Source: Guillardia theta CCMP2712
Lineage: Eukaryota; Protista; Cryptophyta
DNA length: 64,000 nt
Assembly (NCBI RefSeq): GCF_000315625.1
Contig: NW_005434619.1
Coordinates: 289,357 to 353,356 of the forward strand
Reading direction: 5' to 3'
Part shown: piece after piece, positions 1 through 11,959 of the stretch
How the letters are laid out: each line of letters opens with the position of its first letter
Position numbering within the stretch: position 1 is the first letter of the stretch
Program-made: the position numbers and the translations under genes
The notes under the pieces: model-generated
Told to the model about the DNA's origin: nothing
The model's input: only the letters and a program-made list of their open reading frames with translations
The model's database searches: none

Positions 1-1352
1 TCACAAACTTAATTTCGGGATTTGGAGGAGCTGCACCAACCAATTCCCTGCTTTTAGCTGGGCAAGGGCTGAGAAGACGACATGTACACGTCAACACACT
101 TCCAGATGCTCTCCATTGCGATCTCAAGAGGCTAGAAGGATGCATCTTTCTTTCCCTTAGAGGAGGAGGGAAAGGGTAACATCCTTTTTTGTATTTCTCA
201 TCCTGATACTATCAACGATCTGCAGGAAGGAGAAAGGATCCAAGAAGTCAAAACAAGACTCTAAGGAACCGGATGTGAAAAAATCAAAATCGAAGAAAGA
301 TGCAGACACGAAAGCAAATAAGCAGAAACCTCAATCAGAGCCTGAAGAGGACTTCGAGCCGCTGATAGATGTAATCGTTTGAGAATCTTGTTTTAGGCGA
401 GTTATGCGTGCTTTACAGCTCACATGCAAACCCCCGATCATCAGGTTCATCGCCAACGATTCTGACAGCTCACAGGGATCAGAACTCATCGAAGACCTGG
501 AAGACCTGCCCCCCATGCCGGAACCAGACGGCAATGTCACAGATAGCGCATGGAACACATCAGATTCCTCTGAGTCGACCGAGGGCTCTGTCCAAGGGGT
601 GAGTGAGAGCCTAAGAGTCTGGGTGATAAGCCGGTGTTGCAAGTTTCTGAGAGGATTCTCTTCTTGCGGAGACTAATCGTGAGCAAAGGAAACCTGGGAG
701 CGGCTACCAGCTTTCAACGGAACCGATCGGTCTAAAGGCACACTGTCTATCGCGTCGTCTTGACACAAAGATACAGGATCTCGCTGATTGCTTTCCTCAG
801 AAACAATTCCAGAAACGACACCCCGGCAAGACGGTTTTGGTAGACCGACCGATTTCTTTCTGAAGTTTTCGTGGCAGTTTTATGAGTTTTGCAAGGCGAG
901 GGAGATCGAGGAGGAGGCGAATGAGGTGATTGGTCACGACTTGAACGCTGCAGGGCTAAGAGAGGGCATCAACAGGTGAAGGTGAAGCAGGAGCTACAAG
1001 TGGAAATGGAGAAACTCGCAGCACAGGCATCAATCTTCATTCTTCTAGTGTGCGCAACGATTCACGGGATGCATTCCTGCAGAGAAGAAGCAGACCGCCA
1101 CCGACCATTGCTCGGCACAATACGAATCCTCCAAAGCCAGCCCAACCCTCTCCAAGCAGGGGAAGCCCTCGCTTTGCCAGCAGGGGATCGCCACGGCCGC
1201 AGAGCAGGGCTCCTCCTGGAAGAGATCGTTTCCAGGAGACAAGTCGCCAGTCATTTCAGGTTGATTCCCTTCTGCTGCATGAAATCCTAACAAAACATGG
1301 TCTCCACCCAGCAGAACAAGAAGCGCAGGTGGTAACATCGATAAATCCATGA
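1..1352 (+). CDS. 3' part of a multi-exon hypothetical protein gene (K/E/S-rich), truncated at window start
   Basis: Short ORF pieces (KSQNKTLRNRM.., IANDSDSSQGSELIEDLEDLPPMPEPD.., FYEFCKAREIEEEANE) separated by plausible short introns; no recognisable domain. May be more than one gene. Confidence 0.35.
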
Positions 1353-1387
1353 GCAAATGGCAATAAACCACAAAGAATATCCGGAGC

Positions 1388-1867
1388 TTATCTCGAATAT
1401 GATCGATTGAGCCTCCTCCTCTTCTTCCATTTGTGTTTGTTCATCTTCTTCCTCCTTTTCTTGAGAACGCTGGAGGCAAACATGCCTTCCGTGTCCCAGT
1501 TTGGCTCACTCACACCTGCAGCTGTCGGGGAGACCAGATATGTCTGTCCCGCAAGAGAAATAGAAGCGTTCATGTTCTCAGATGGTCTTTCCATGTCTGG
1601 AATGAAGATAAGAGGTTTGGATCCTAGCAGAGTTGGAATGACGGGTGCTTGTTTCAACGCTTCAGACCAGGCCGCATATTTTTCTAGCGGTTGCATGTGC
1701 TTCAAGAGCTCAGGTTGCCCCCAGCGTGCTGCAGGAGGAGGCACGCCAGCAGAAGAGAGGCTCTTGGTGCATGGATTGTGGCTCCACGTACCAAACCCGC
1801 GCAAGTGAAGTTGGCTCGCCCCTCGCTTGGTTGCGCTGCCGGCGCGCAAAAGGGCACGAGACAGCAT
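1388..1867 (-). CDS. Mitochondrial small ribosomal subunit protein mS38 (COX24/AURKAIP1, DUF1713)-like
   Basis: C-terminal SSVLKKRRKKMNKHKWKKRRRLNR matches the mS38/DUF1713 signature; N-terminus MLSRALLRAGSA looks like a mitochondrial presequence; ATG at 1867. Confidence 0.85.
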   Translation of the reverse strand: MLSRALLRAGSATKRGASQLHLRGFGTWSHNPCTKSLSSAGVPPPAARWGQPELLKHMQPLEKYAAWSEALKQAPVIPTLLGSKPLIFIPDMERPSENMNASISLAGQTYLVSPTAAGVSEPNWDTEGMFASSVLKKRRKKMNKHKWKKRRRLNRSYSR

Positions 1868-2782
1868 TTTGAATTCCAACGCTCACAGCAGAGGTACAAT
1901 GCTCAGGGCTTCGAGGAGAAGAGCAAGGCCCAACAAGGCCAAGCCAGAGGGCAAGGGAAAGAAGGGGCTGTTGGTAACGAGGAGGAGGGAGGGGAGGAGG
2001 AGGGAGAGGAGGGGGAAGGAAGGCGGACGGCAGGAAGGACACGAATCCTCGTTAGAATGAGGTTTGGGGGGGTAGGGGTCTTTATTCGTCAAAGATAGGG
2101 TTCTGAAAGATGGTAGGGTAGTTTTTTCTTGGGGGTACTGGTAGTCTACATAGGGGTACCATTTGCAATTTTTAGATGTAATTAGTGGGTGGGGTGATCT
2201 CAAGTTCGAACCGGGGGTGGGGTAAGTAGAAGTTTCTCTGGCGGTGAATCATCACTTCTTCAAATTATGGGGTGGGGTTGTTCTAGGTGTTCGGGGTAGG
2301 GTAGTTTATCCAAAATCAGGGGTTGGGGTACTAACCCTCTACATCACTACCCCTTGTTTCTGCAATTAAGATGGTGAGGTTGGGCCAAATCTTCAATCCA
2401 CTGTAGGGGTAGGGTGGAATGGTGTACAACGAGTACCCTCAAAACCTCCGAGGGGGTAGAACATCTTAAAATCAGGTCAAAGGGACAGCAGAAATTGTAA
2501 AGAGGGAGAAGGGAGGAAAAGATTGCTGCCCCATTCCATCACGTCTCATATAAAACCATTCGGATGGACGACATGATGAGGAAGAAACGAAAGTTTAAAG
2601 ATAGGAAAGAGACTCTGAGAACAAATAGAACAGAAAGGGTGAGATTGGAGGGGCGATATTGGGACTAGAACAGCTGAATTTGATATTGAGGTGTCCTGTG
2701 CGAGGTGAAATCAGGCGAACAACGCGATATTTTGTTACTGGAATGCTGATGTGAAACTATGGTATGACAGGCATACAACACA

Positions 2783-3863
2783 ATGAAAGTTCTCGGAGCC
2801 CAAGTGATCACGCTTACTCTTCTCCTTTTGGTCAAGGCAGTGGATGCATTTCTTACCCCCACAAGTTCTTTCACGATTAGTTGGAGGGCGCAGAGAGGTT
2901 ATGCCCGCGGCGCAGACTCTAAGAGTCGGATCATCACTATGAAGGCAAAGAATGATAATCATGAAGAAATCCCAACGAAGAGGATGTCCGTGAAGACTTC
3001 CAGGCGCAAGATTATCCGAGACGGTCTGGTATGTTTGTTTAGTCTCCTTGCAATGCGAGAGATCGAGCTGACCGAAGTCTTTGATGCCGTCAGATCGGTT
3101 CTTGCCTCATTCCTGCTGCTGCTTTTGCAGAGAAAGCTGGCCCGAAACTGCCTGAATCTGATTGGAATGAGTTGGTACTTTTGCTGCACGAGCAGAATTG
3201 ACCAGTAACGCAGCGTCAGGTGAAGAGTGGAAAGTTGTCGAAAGCTGCATATTCGGTTCTGCACGATGCAGCAACGGAGCGTCCCTTTACCTCAGAGTTG
3301 CTTCAAGAAAAGCGCGCAGGATCGTATTGCTGCGCAGCGTATGATCAACATTCAGTTACCTGGATATGTACAACTGAAAGGATTTGCCAGATGTGGAACC
3401 AAGCTCTTTGAATCGAAGACCAAGTTCAACTCGGGTACAGGTGATTCTAGAATGGCTACTGCTATCCTTTTGTTCTTATTCTGAAAACATGTCAGGGTGG
3501 CCCAGCTTCTACGACAAGCTGCCAGGAGTGGAGTTGGAGACAGGTACCCAGGGCCAAAGGATTTCAGGTCAAGGAGATTTGACGTCCTGCCCAGGGAACT
3601 ACATGGATATGTTGGCAATGAGGACAGAAGTGCACTGCGTGAAGTGCGGAGGACACCTGGTCCTTGCTGTGTCACTTGTTGTCACTTTTCTGATCGTATG
3701 CGTGCAGGGGCACGTCTTCGATGATGGCATCATCTGGGAGGTGCCAACTGGCAAGAGGTGACAAGTGTTGACAAGTTCACGTCGATATTTCCAGGCAGAT
3801 ATTGAGATGAAGTTCAGGTATTGCATCAACGGAGTTGCTCTCAATTTCGTCGCTGCTGCTTGA
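2783..3863 (+). CDS. msrB: Peptide methionine sulfoxide reductase B, probably plastid-targeted, multi-exon
   Basis: Spliced motifs TERPFTS..YCCAACG, KFNSGTG|WPSF, RTEVHCVKCGGHL|GHVFDDG, KR|YCINGVALNF; leader MKVLGAQVITLTLLLLVKAVDA-F (signal + Phe). Confidence 0.9.
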
Positions 3864-3934
3864 TCACAAGGTGATTTCAAGCCCACAGAAGATGTACGAT
3901 ACCAGGAAGGAAATTGATATCAACAAGATTGTTT

Positions 3935-5069
3935 CTATTCTACACTTTCCAGTAGGAAGACATGTCCGTTGACATCTGAAACTGCCAACTTCTTCAGCTC
4001 CGATCTGCTCCAAGACACGTTTCGAACTGACACCGAGTGCAACAACGAGTGCCCAAGCTGCTGCCACGTCCTCACATCCCAGAACAAAATCTTCTTCTCG
4101 ATGCCTCCAGCCGTAGCAAACACATTTCCATCCGCCCTGAAGGACAGACTTTCAACTGGGCCCTTGTGAGCTGTCAACAACTTCACTTGATTGCCAGACT
4201 TGACGTCCCACACACGTATGGTCTTGTCCAGACTACAGGAGACGACCATATCCTCCTGAAAGGTCACAGTCGTAACGGTGTGAGTGTGACCATCGCTGAT
4301 GTCTTGATAGCCGATCCCAGCATTGCACGGGTTGTAACCAAGGAAAGGATGATGTATAGCCTCCCCCTTGTGGACATCCCATAGCCGCACTGTGCCATCT
4401 CTCGACCCCGAGACGATCACGCTCCCATCTTCCCTCCACTTTACCGCCGTGACGTAGTCCGTATGCCCCACCAGGCACTTGCTCTCTTGCGAGATCGCCT
4501 TCCAATCATTGACCTTGATCGTGTTGTCGTAGCTGCCAGTGGCTATCAGATGACCGTTGGGAGACCATGCGGCCGAGGCGATCCAGTGCAGGTGAGGATA
4601 GACCATCTTCACCAGTTGAGCCTTCTTCGAGTCATACACGCACAGCTTCTTGTCCTTGCCTGAAGTGCATACAAGACCGTTGCTAGGGCATATGTCGACA
4701 GTAAGAATCTGTGCGGCGTGCCGGGAAAATCTCTCCCCCACCTCCGTCAAGTCGTTTTTGCCTAGGAAATGCACGGCCGTACCGCATGCCGCGGCTAAGA
4801 ACTCTTCGCTAGATCCCTGCGTTCCCCAGCACAAGGGGACCGACGTGGGGAGATCTCTTTCTGGGAAGCGGTACTGGATGGAGTTTTGCTCTGATATGCG
4901 ATTCTGCTGCATGTACCTTCTTTTCAAACCATTTCCCTCTGAACATGCACCTCCTCAACCAATCTCACAACTTCGCACATGCACCTTGTAAGGACGGAGG
5001 ACCAACATGTAGAGTCAGAACACTTCGGAGACGAGTCGCACCAGGAACATCTCTTGCCTCCATCTCCAT
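3935..5069 (-). CDS. WD40-repeat protein
   Basis: Multiple GH...WD repeats (GHTDYVTAVKW..SGSRDGTVRLWD; GHTHTVTTV..SLDKTIRVWD); probable first exon MEMEARD.. joined through an intron at ~4939-4984. Confidence 0.88.
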
Positions 5070-5179
5070 GCTTCCTCTGCCTATCCTCCCCCTCCCCGCC
5101 TGCTCCCCTCTATACCGTGTTTGACAGCATGCTGGTATATATACTCTCATTTCCCCGTACTCATCAGCGAGGTTCGGTT

Positions 5180-5251
5180 GGCTTGTTGGTGTAGCGGTTA
5201 GCACAAAAGACTCTGAATCTTTAGACCGGGGTTCGAATCCCCGACGAGCCT
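5180..5251 (+). tRNA. tRNA-Gln (anticodon CTG)
   Basis: Acceptor stem GGCTTGT/ACGAGCC + T, D-arm TGGTGTAGCGGTTAGCAC, anticodon arm AAAGA-CT CTG AA-TCTTT, T-loop GGTTCGAATCC; 72 nt, no intron; T5 run at ~5278 is a likely Pol III terminator. Confidence 0.95.
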
Positions 5252-5389
5252 GGGCTATGACAACATGACCTCGCATCTTTTTGCCTCCTGCCTCCACACC
5301 GGCCCTCATCCCCTCCCAGACCAGGCTTGGGTGACTGGCTGGCAGACTGCAGGGCAGACTGGCTGGTTCCTCGACTCTCCGAGGCTCAT

Positions 5390-5428
5390 TATTGTCCTCG
5401 TACTGATTTTTAACTTAACTTTGAGTAA
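5390..5428 (+). repeat. Dispersed AT-rich motif, copy 1 (TATTGTCCTCGTACTGATTTTTAACTTAACTTTGAGTAA)
   Basis: Identical except for one T to the reverse complement of 32919-32956; core related to 53861-53945. Confidence 0.85.
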
Positions 5429-5789
5429 AGGCTGGGCCGCGCGCTGACTCGCCCGGAAGGTTGTTAATAAGGCCAAGCCTTCGGCAAATCAAGACATTGG
5501 CAACCGTTCGAGTCGGCGGCAGACAACTTGATCGGACATCACGAGTCAGCTTCGTTGAACAAGCCTTGTGATAGTTACGTTTTTGCTTGAAGTTCCGCCG
5601 CCTTCAAGTTGCCGGGGCCCCCGGGCCCGACTTGCCGCTGTGCCGTGCTTGCCGGCCCGACTCGGCTGGTCGGATTGTACCGTACAAAGAGGAATTATTG
5701 AGTAATTAAAATCGTTGTGTCGCAGGTGGGTGAAGGGGACGAGGGGCCGTATTGAGGATCATGGAGGAGTACATGAAGTATCAGGTGAT

Positions 5790-6021
5790 GATGAGGAGGA
5801 GAGCGGGAGAGGAGGAGAGGAGGAGAGGAGGAGAGGAGGAGAGAGGAGAGGAGGAGAGGAGGAGAGAGGAGAGGAGAGGAGGAGAGGAGGAGAGAGGAGA
5901 GGAGAGGAGGAGAGGAGGANNNNNNNNNNNNNNNNNNNNNNNNNNNNNNNNNNNNNNNNNNNNNNNNNNNNNNNNNNNNNNNNNNNNNNNNNNNNNNNNN
6001 NNNNNNNNNNNNNNNNNNNCC

Positions 6022-6071
<50 letters not shown>

Positions 6072-6200
6072 ATACATTTATGATCCGGAGGAGAGAGGGA
6101 GGAGAAGAGCAAAGGAGGAGAGCGGGGGGGGGGAGGGAAAGGGGGGGGAATGGACACCAGCAGAGGAGGAGAGGGGGAAAGGAGGAGAGGAGAGGAGAGG
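5790..6200. repeat. (GAGGA/GAG)n purine tract, 100-N gap (5920-6019) and (TA)n microsatellite
   Basis: Seen directly. Confidence 0.95.
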
Positions 6201-6303
6201 ATGGTTGTGACTTCCAATTTTATCAGTATCTTCATATTCCGTCTGCCTTTGATACCAAAGGTAAGGGTGGAATCTACCTGAGCATGCGATGAAGCGTGTG
6301 GAG

Positions 6304-9300
6304 ATGAAGGATGAAGAGATAAGATCTGTTAGGGTGATGAAGGTTTGTTGAAGATTTCTTCGGAAGAGGTCAACAAGTGGTGAAAAAGAGGTTGGGTTGG
6401 AAGGAGATAGTCATTCTGTGACGCTACGATGACCTACTGGGCATGACTTGTCATATGATTTTCATGAACTCTGCAAGTCCGATAATGCTTCGCTGAGAGG
6501 CGAGGCACGGCATTGACGTTGGTGAATCAGATCACCTGCAACAGCTTCTGAAGCAACTGGATGCCATCTGCAGCGGGGGTTCGGAGCAGTCTTCGATCTA
6601 TGAGACTTGGAACGTTGAGAACGGGGAGGCAGAAGTCTTGAGAGACCCCAAGTGAGCCGATCCTGCTGCCTGTGGACGTCTGACCATGAAACCAGAAAAG
6701 TGCTCAAGACTGCCTTGTCTAGAAGCACCCAGGTATTTGGTGAGGGCGCTGTGATCATTGTGGTGAAGCTTGCTGTTCTACTTCGGTGAATTGCAGGCAA
6801 GCAAGACGGTGGATTTTGAGGAAAGGATCATGGCTGGGAGGTGATGCAATCTCATGTACTGAAGCCTCGGGGGAGCGAGCCTGACTTTGAGACGACCGCA
6901 GGTGGTACACTTCATGCGTGGTGCAACACGATGAGCAGCACCTCGAGCGAATCTTGAAGTCTCTTCCTTCTCACGGCGTGCCTTCGCAATGGAGGGAGGA
7001 TCAGGAGGAGCAAGGGGCTGGTATCCGCCATGGCCAGTGCGTGTGGGTCTTTCTTGGGCAGAACTTGCCCTCAGCATCGGAGCAAGAAGGACAAGAGAGG
7101 AGGGGAGAGGTAGAGCCCATGCGGGGAAGGCCGGAGCACACGGACATGGTACGTCACTCGGGGACCTGGCACATGCAGATCTCGGGGACTAAGACCTGGA
7201 GGATCCGCCCCGGGCAGGAGGGATGGCCGCAGGGGTCTAGCAGAGAAGCTGCCGAAAAGCGGGTAGAGGAGGAAGGAGAAGGAGAGGAGGTGAGGAGGCT
7301 GAAGATAGTCTGCAACGCCGGAGACCTGCTGGTTATCAACACGAAAGCATGGTTTCATCAGACAGAAATCCCCTCGTCGTCATCAGCTGCTGGAAACTTG
7401 TCGGTCAGTGCGGCACGAGACTTTTGTTTCGTCACCTCTGGGACCGAGGAGAGCATGGAAGTTGTCGATATGACAAACGTCGAGAGCTCGTGGGCTGCAG
7501 GGGACGCAGAGGAGGGAGAGCTGGTGCTCAAGGAGGCTCCTATGGTAGCAGTTCAAGATCCTTCCAGCAGAGCAGAGTATCTGTGCTGCACTTTCTGCGC
7601 CTATCCCCTGCTCGATCACGAACAAGAGTACCGCCTGGTAACCGGGCAGATTTCCGATCTGTCCGAGGTCCTCCGGTATGAGTCTGGTTCGGTCCCCAGC
7701 CTCCCTCCTGTGGATGGGTTTGACATTGAGGACGAGGATTGGAAGGGGAATAAGAAGAAGAAGGATACGTGCTCTGTGGACGGCCTCCACTTCTGCAGTG
7801 CAGCATGCAGGAACAAAGAGCTTCACACGTCAATTCATGGAAGGAGGAGCCAACAAGGAGGAGGAGGAAGAGGTGGAGGAGGGAAGGGGGCAGGGGAGCT
7901 CGATATCTTGCTGCAGAGGCTGTTGATCTCACTGAGCAGTGGCCACTACATGACTTTTGAGTTGGTCAGGAAGTTCTTCATCATCCTCGTTTCCTCGTCG
8001 CAAGATCTCGAAGGAGCAGGAGCGTCGTCTTCCTCGCTAGAGCGACTGCGGCAGAAGTTCGCGCAGCTGGTGGAGAAGAGGAAGGGTGGAGAGCAGGAGT
8101 GGTGGGACGTTGTGGCCCTTGCAGACATGCAAAGAGACACTCCCAAGGGAAGGTCGAAGAAGATAAAAGTTGAGCTGCACAGAGGGCCCGTTGCTCCCTA
8201 TCAGCAGGCAGATCAAGTGAGAGGAATGAAGCTCGATGAGTATCTTGCTCAGATGCAAGGGGAAGGAGATTGTTCCATGAGGCCGAACAAACGAAGCAGG
8301 GGAAGCGGGAGGGGAAGAGAGGAAGGAGTCGACTTGCACGCTGCTGAGAAGGCCTACGGGCTTGTCATCTCGCAGAAGAAGCCTTTTGTCGTGGAGCGAG
8401 TCTTTCCTGGAGGGTCGGCAGCAGCAAGTGGAGTGAGGGAGGGAGACGGTCTGTTCCGGATCGACGACCGGGGCATCAAGGAGAGGCAGGACATGGAGGA
8501 AGCTCTGTCCGAGTTCGACCAGCTCGCCCTAGCGGAGTCGCAGAAACTCTTTGGTGAGCGACTGCCTCCTCTATGGTGCAGTCTGGAGTGGACGTTCGAG
8601 AGGAGGACGCGAGGGTCGGACGGAGATCGTGAAGAGGAGAGCGAGAGGAGGAGGGAGAGCCTGAGGAGGTTGGCAGTGTGCATGTGGTCCCTGCTAGTTG
8701 CCGAGTTTGCGGCGTCCAAGGTTTTCAAGGTGGATGAGGAGCTGCTGAAGTTCTTCAGCTGGGAACGATACTCGCAGACGCTCTTGCACCTGCACCTCCA
8801 CGCCTGGGAGCTCGGGGAAGGCTCGTCGCTAGTCGCTCCTTCCTCCTTGACTCGATACGCTCGTGCTTGTCTGTCATGTGAGGACCAAGACCTTCGTGCG
8901 GACGCAGCAAAGAAACTGAAGCAACTGAAGGAGGAGGAGGAGGAGGAGGAGGAGGAGGAGGAGGAGGAGGAGGAGGAGGAGGAGGAGGAGGAGGAGGAGC
9001 AGGGAAAACAAGAAGGTGGGAGCAGGGGAGGGTCACAGAACAAGAAGCAAGCGAGCAGAAGAACGGGAGCTACAGAGGAGGAGGAGGAGGAACAGGAAGA
9101 GATTGGGCAAGATGAGGCTCTCGCTATCCTTGAGCAAGTGGCTTCTGGCTTGACTCCCTGTTTCACGGGTCGAGCATTTTATGTCAAGAGCAGCCGGCTG
9201 GCCCTCGCAGAGGAGGATGAGGCGAACTGTCATCTTGCTCTTGAGAACGAGCAGCTGGAGGCTGTGGTGGTGGCGAAGAGAAACTTAAGAGCCGGGGAGG

Positions 9301-9347
9301 TTCTGACCGTCTCCTCGCAAGACGTTGAGCAGGACGGTAGGGACTAG
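6304..9347 (+). CDS. JmjC/cupin + split SET with MYND-like zinc finger and PDZ insert, poly-Glu tract
   Basis: JmjC-like RPEHTD..GTWHMQISGTKTW..GDLLVINTKAWFHQTE; SET-N AAGDAEEGELVLKEAP; CCTFC..FCSAACR; PDZ YGLVISQKKPFVVERVFPGGSAAASGVREGDGLFRID; SET-C NC..VVAKRNLRAGEVLTVS. Upstream exons inferred, start uncertain. Confidence 0.7.
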
Positions 9348-9519
9348 GCGATAGCTGACTGCCAAACTTTGGGTTTACTTCCGATCTTCAAATTATAATC
9401 GCCAGGAGCGAATAGTCACAGATGTATGTACAAGATTCATGGTCGGGAGAGGGAGGGAGGAGAGGAAGGAGGAGGGCTGCAGAGCGGAGATACGGGGACG
9501 AGGCCTTCGCAGGTCAAGC

Positions 9520-10887
9520 TCAGTGCATGTCGTTGACTCGCAACGAGACAAGTCGGAACTCGAAGGAGTCGCTGAGGGTAGACATGTCAGCATAGGAATC
9601 ATCACGTCCGCTGCTATCTCACCCGAGACTGCAGAGATTCCCCTCTGTCAACCAGCAGTCCCTCGTCAGCGTCACGTGCCGAGTGTGATAGCAGAGCAGA
9701 GTTCCGCCAACCTTCAAACGTTTAGACTTTGAAAGCATCCACACCATCAGCACAAGGTTCACCTGCTTCAGATGGAACTCTGTGTATCTCAAGCAATCGT
9801 CCGAGCTGTGCTTGTGAGGACACACGCATAAGAACGACGTCTCGTCCTTCTCATTCAGTGATCCGTCCAGCGCTATGCAGAAGTCGTTCCCCAAGTCGCT
9901 CGCCGTCAACGCCAAGTAAGGAGGGATCCGCATCCGGTAACGAAGAATGCAAGAGGAAACAAAGTTCTTCGTATTCACCTCCAAGGAGAGCCTGAAACAA
10001 GCGCTGCGAGCCGCGAGCGAGCGCTCAGAGCAGCTCAGTTGCGATGCCATGAGTTTTACACCCTCGTCCCTCTCAAACTCTCTCCAGCTCTTGTGCCAGT
10101 CAAGGAACGGCAGAAAACCTTCTGTGTGCGTCGGCTCGTGCCTCCTTATCCTCTCCTCAAGGTCCGCGGGAAGGATTGAAGAGGAAACCTGATCAAACAC
10201 AAAGTCCCCATTGAAGTGCTCCGGCCTTGCACACGTTGGCTTCACCTGTGCGACATCTTCGCAGTTGACAAAGCGCAAGAAGGCGAATTGATTCGAATCG
10301 TCAAACCACACGTTTCTGAGCAGCAATGGCAAGATATGTACACATTTGTCGTCAAATGTTAAGAAATGAAACATTGTTGGGAAGAGTCGTTTCGCGTCGC
10401 TCGAGGCTTTCAACACTTCTCTCAACAAAAATTGCTCACTTTGATGCACAAAGTGAAGGATACAGTGACCAACAGGACCACTGAAGGGGATAGAAACGTA
10501 AAATTTCTCCAACACATTGCTCATGGATATGATGTTGAAGTTGGCTTTGCTTACTACCAAGAAAGGAAATGGACTGTCCAAGAAAGCACGCTTATATAAC
10601 ATGTTCGACGTGCTCGAGATCCCAGGTGCCCCCTTCTTCTGATCCTTGACGATCCTTCCCACATGTTCCAAGAGATCCTCCAGAAGCTGAGTTACACTTC
10701 TACCGGAAACCAAACATGACCGATGACGGCGGATTGGTGAAAGGATGGGAACAAGCGAGTCTATAGTTTCCACAAGTTCACGCGTTTGGTCCCTGTTGGC
10801 AGACTTCTGTAGTCTCTTTACAAGGAGCATCTCAGCATTGGACATCCTTCTCTGCTTGGAAGGGTCCGAATTCTGATTATCGCCCAT
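9520..10887 (-). CDS. bHLH-like/PAS-like family protein, paralog 1
   Basis: EMLLVKRLQKSANRDQTRELVETIDSLVP..RRHRS..SGRSVTQLLEDL; PAS-like FLDSPFPFLVV..GHCILHFVH; 51-nt intron 9712-9762 and a second intron give C-terminus ..FEFRLVSLRVNDMH*. Confidence 0.75.
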
Positions 10888-11959
10888 GGCACCGAGTTAG
10901 TCGATTTGAACCTTTTCTAACGAATTTTGACTTGTGTGCGCTTCTTCACAACCATCCTCGTCACGAGCTTCTTATATTGCCCCAGAGTTTCTTTTTGCTG
11001 GCTGAAATGAGCGCAAGAGTGTTCTTCATCAACAACTTGACTGCTCCGCCTCCCACTTGTTAAAGTGCAAGCCCGACTTCTTTGCTCTCAACCCCTGCAG
11101 ACAGAAGCGGTGTGGGAATGTTGCTGCAGACCTCTGATGCCTTCATGTTGTGACGACAGCAATCTGTCTCCCCTATGCTGCTCTGAACTTCTCCTGCTCT
11201 ATTCGTTTCCAGCTCCTCACTTATTACTGCTGTTCTTCCCGTTTGCCGCTCATGCTACCAGAGGAGCGGGGGAGCCAACCTTGGAAAAGACAGCTTTTCA
11301 GAAGCTACCTTGGGGACGATTTATAGAAATTACAAAAAAACAACTTTTGAGCGCTTTAAAACGGAGATGACTCCTTTTTTAAATAAAATAGATGTATAGT
11401 TAAAACACACTTTTGTATTTTCGAAAAGATCTGTGATCTAGAATCTACTGGTGCACAATTTAAAAAATGCTCTCAGAAATGAAGGGTGGAACGGCCAACC
11501 CCTTCCAGACGTTTATTATCCAAAAAGTACCCGTACGTCTCGAACTACCTCCTTCACTCTAGACTCCAGTGCCTTGTGGTATCGCATACCTTCTTTCGAG
11601 CCTCTTTCTCTGGTTCAATTCATCGCTGTGACCCCCCAGCCCCTAACGAACCTCCCACCCCACCACCAATTTTGCAAGCATCTTTTTCGGCCCACCCCTG
11701 CAATCATTATGTTCGCCCCAACAACGGAGAATTGAGTCATGCATCATCATCGACGTGTGTCACGTCTATAACTAATGTAAAATCATTTTCAAATAACCCC
11801 CACCCCCCTCCTTCCCCTAGAGTCTGTCCATCTCTACAACCGATATGCCCTTCAATCAAATCATTTTGAGCACTTGGTTATGCTGACCGTTTGAAAAGGA
11901 TACCTTTGGAGTTTCTGAGCACATGATTCCACCGGGGCGGATTTGACCACTACCCTACC

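Noticed and set aside
3810-3863. Selenocysteine MsrB
   Set aside because: The catalytic position is TGC (RYCING), and the TGA falls after the complete domain.
5695-6292. E/R/G-rich ORFs
   Set aside because: Simple repeats and an assembly gap.
8354-9166. Antisense 270-aa ORF
   Set aside because: Shadow of the JmjC-SET coding strand and its GAG repeat.
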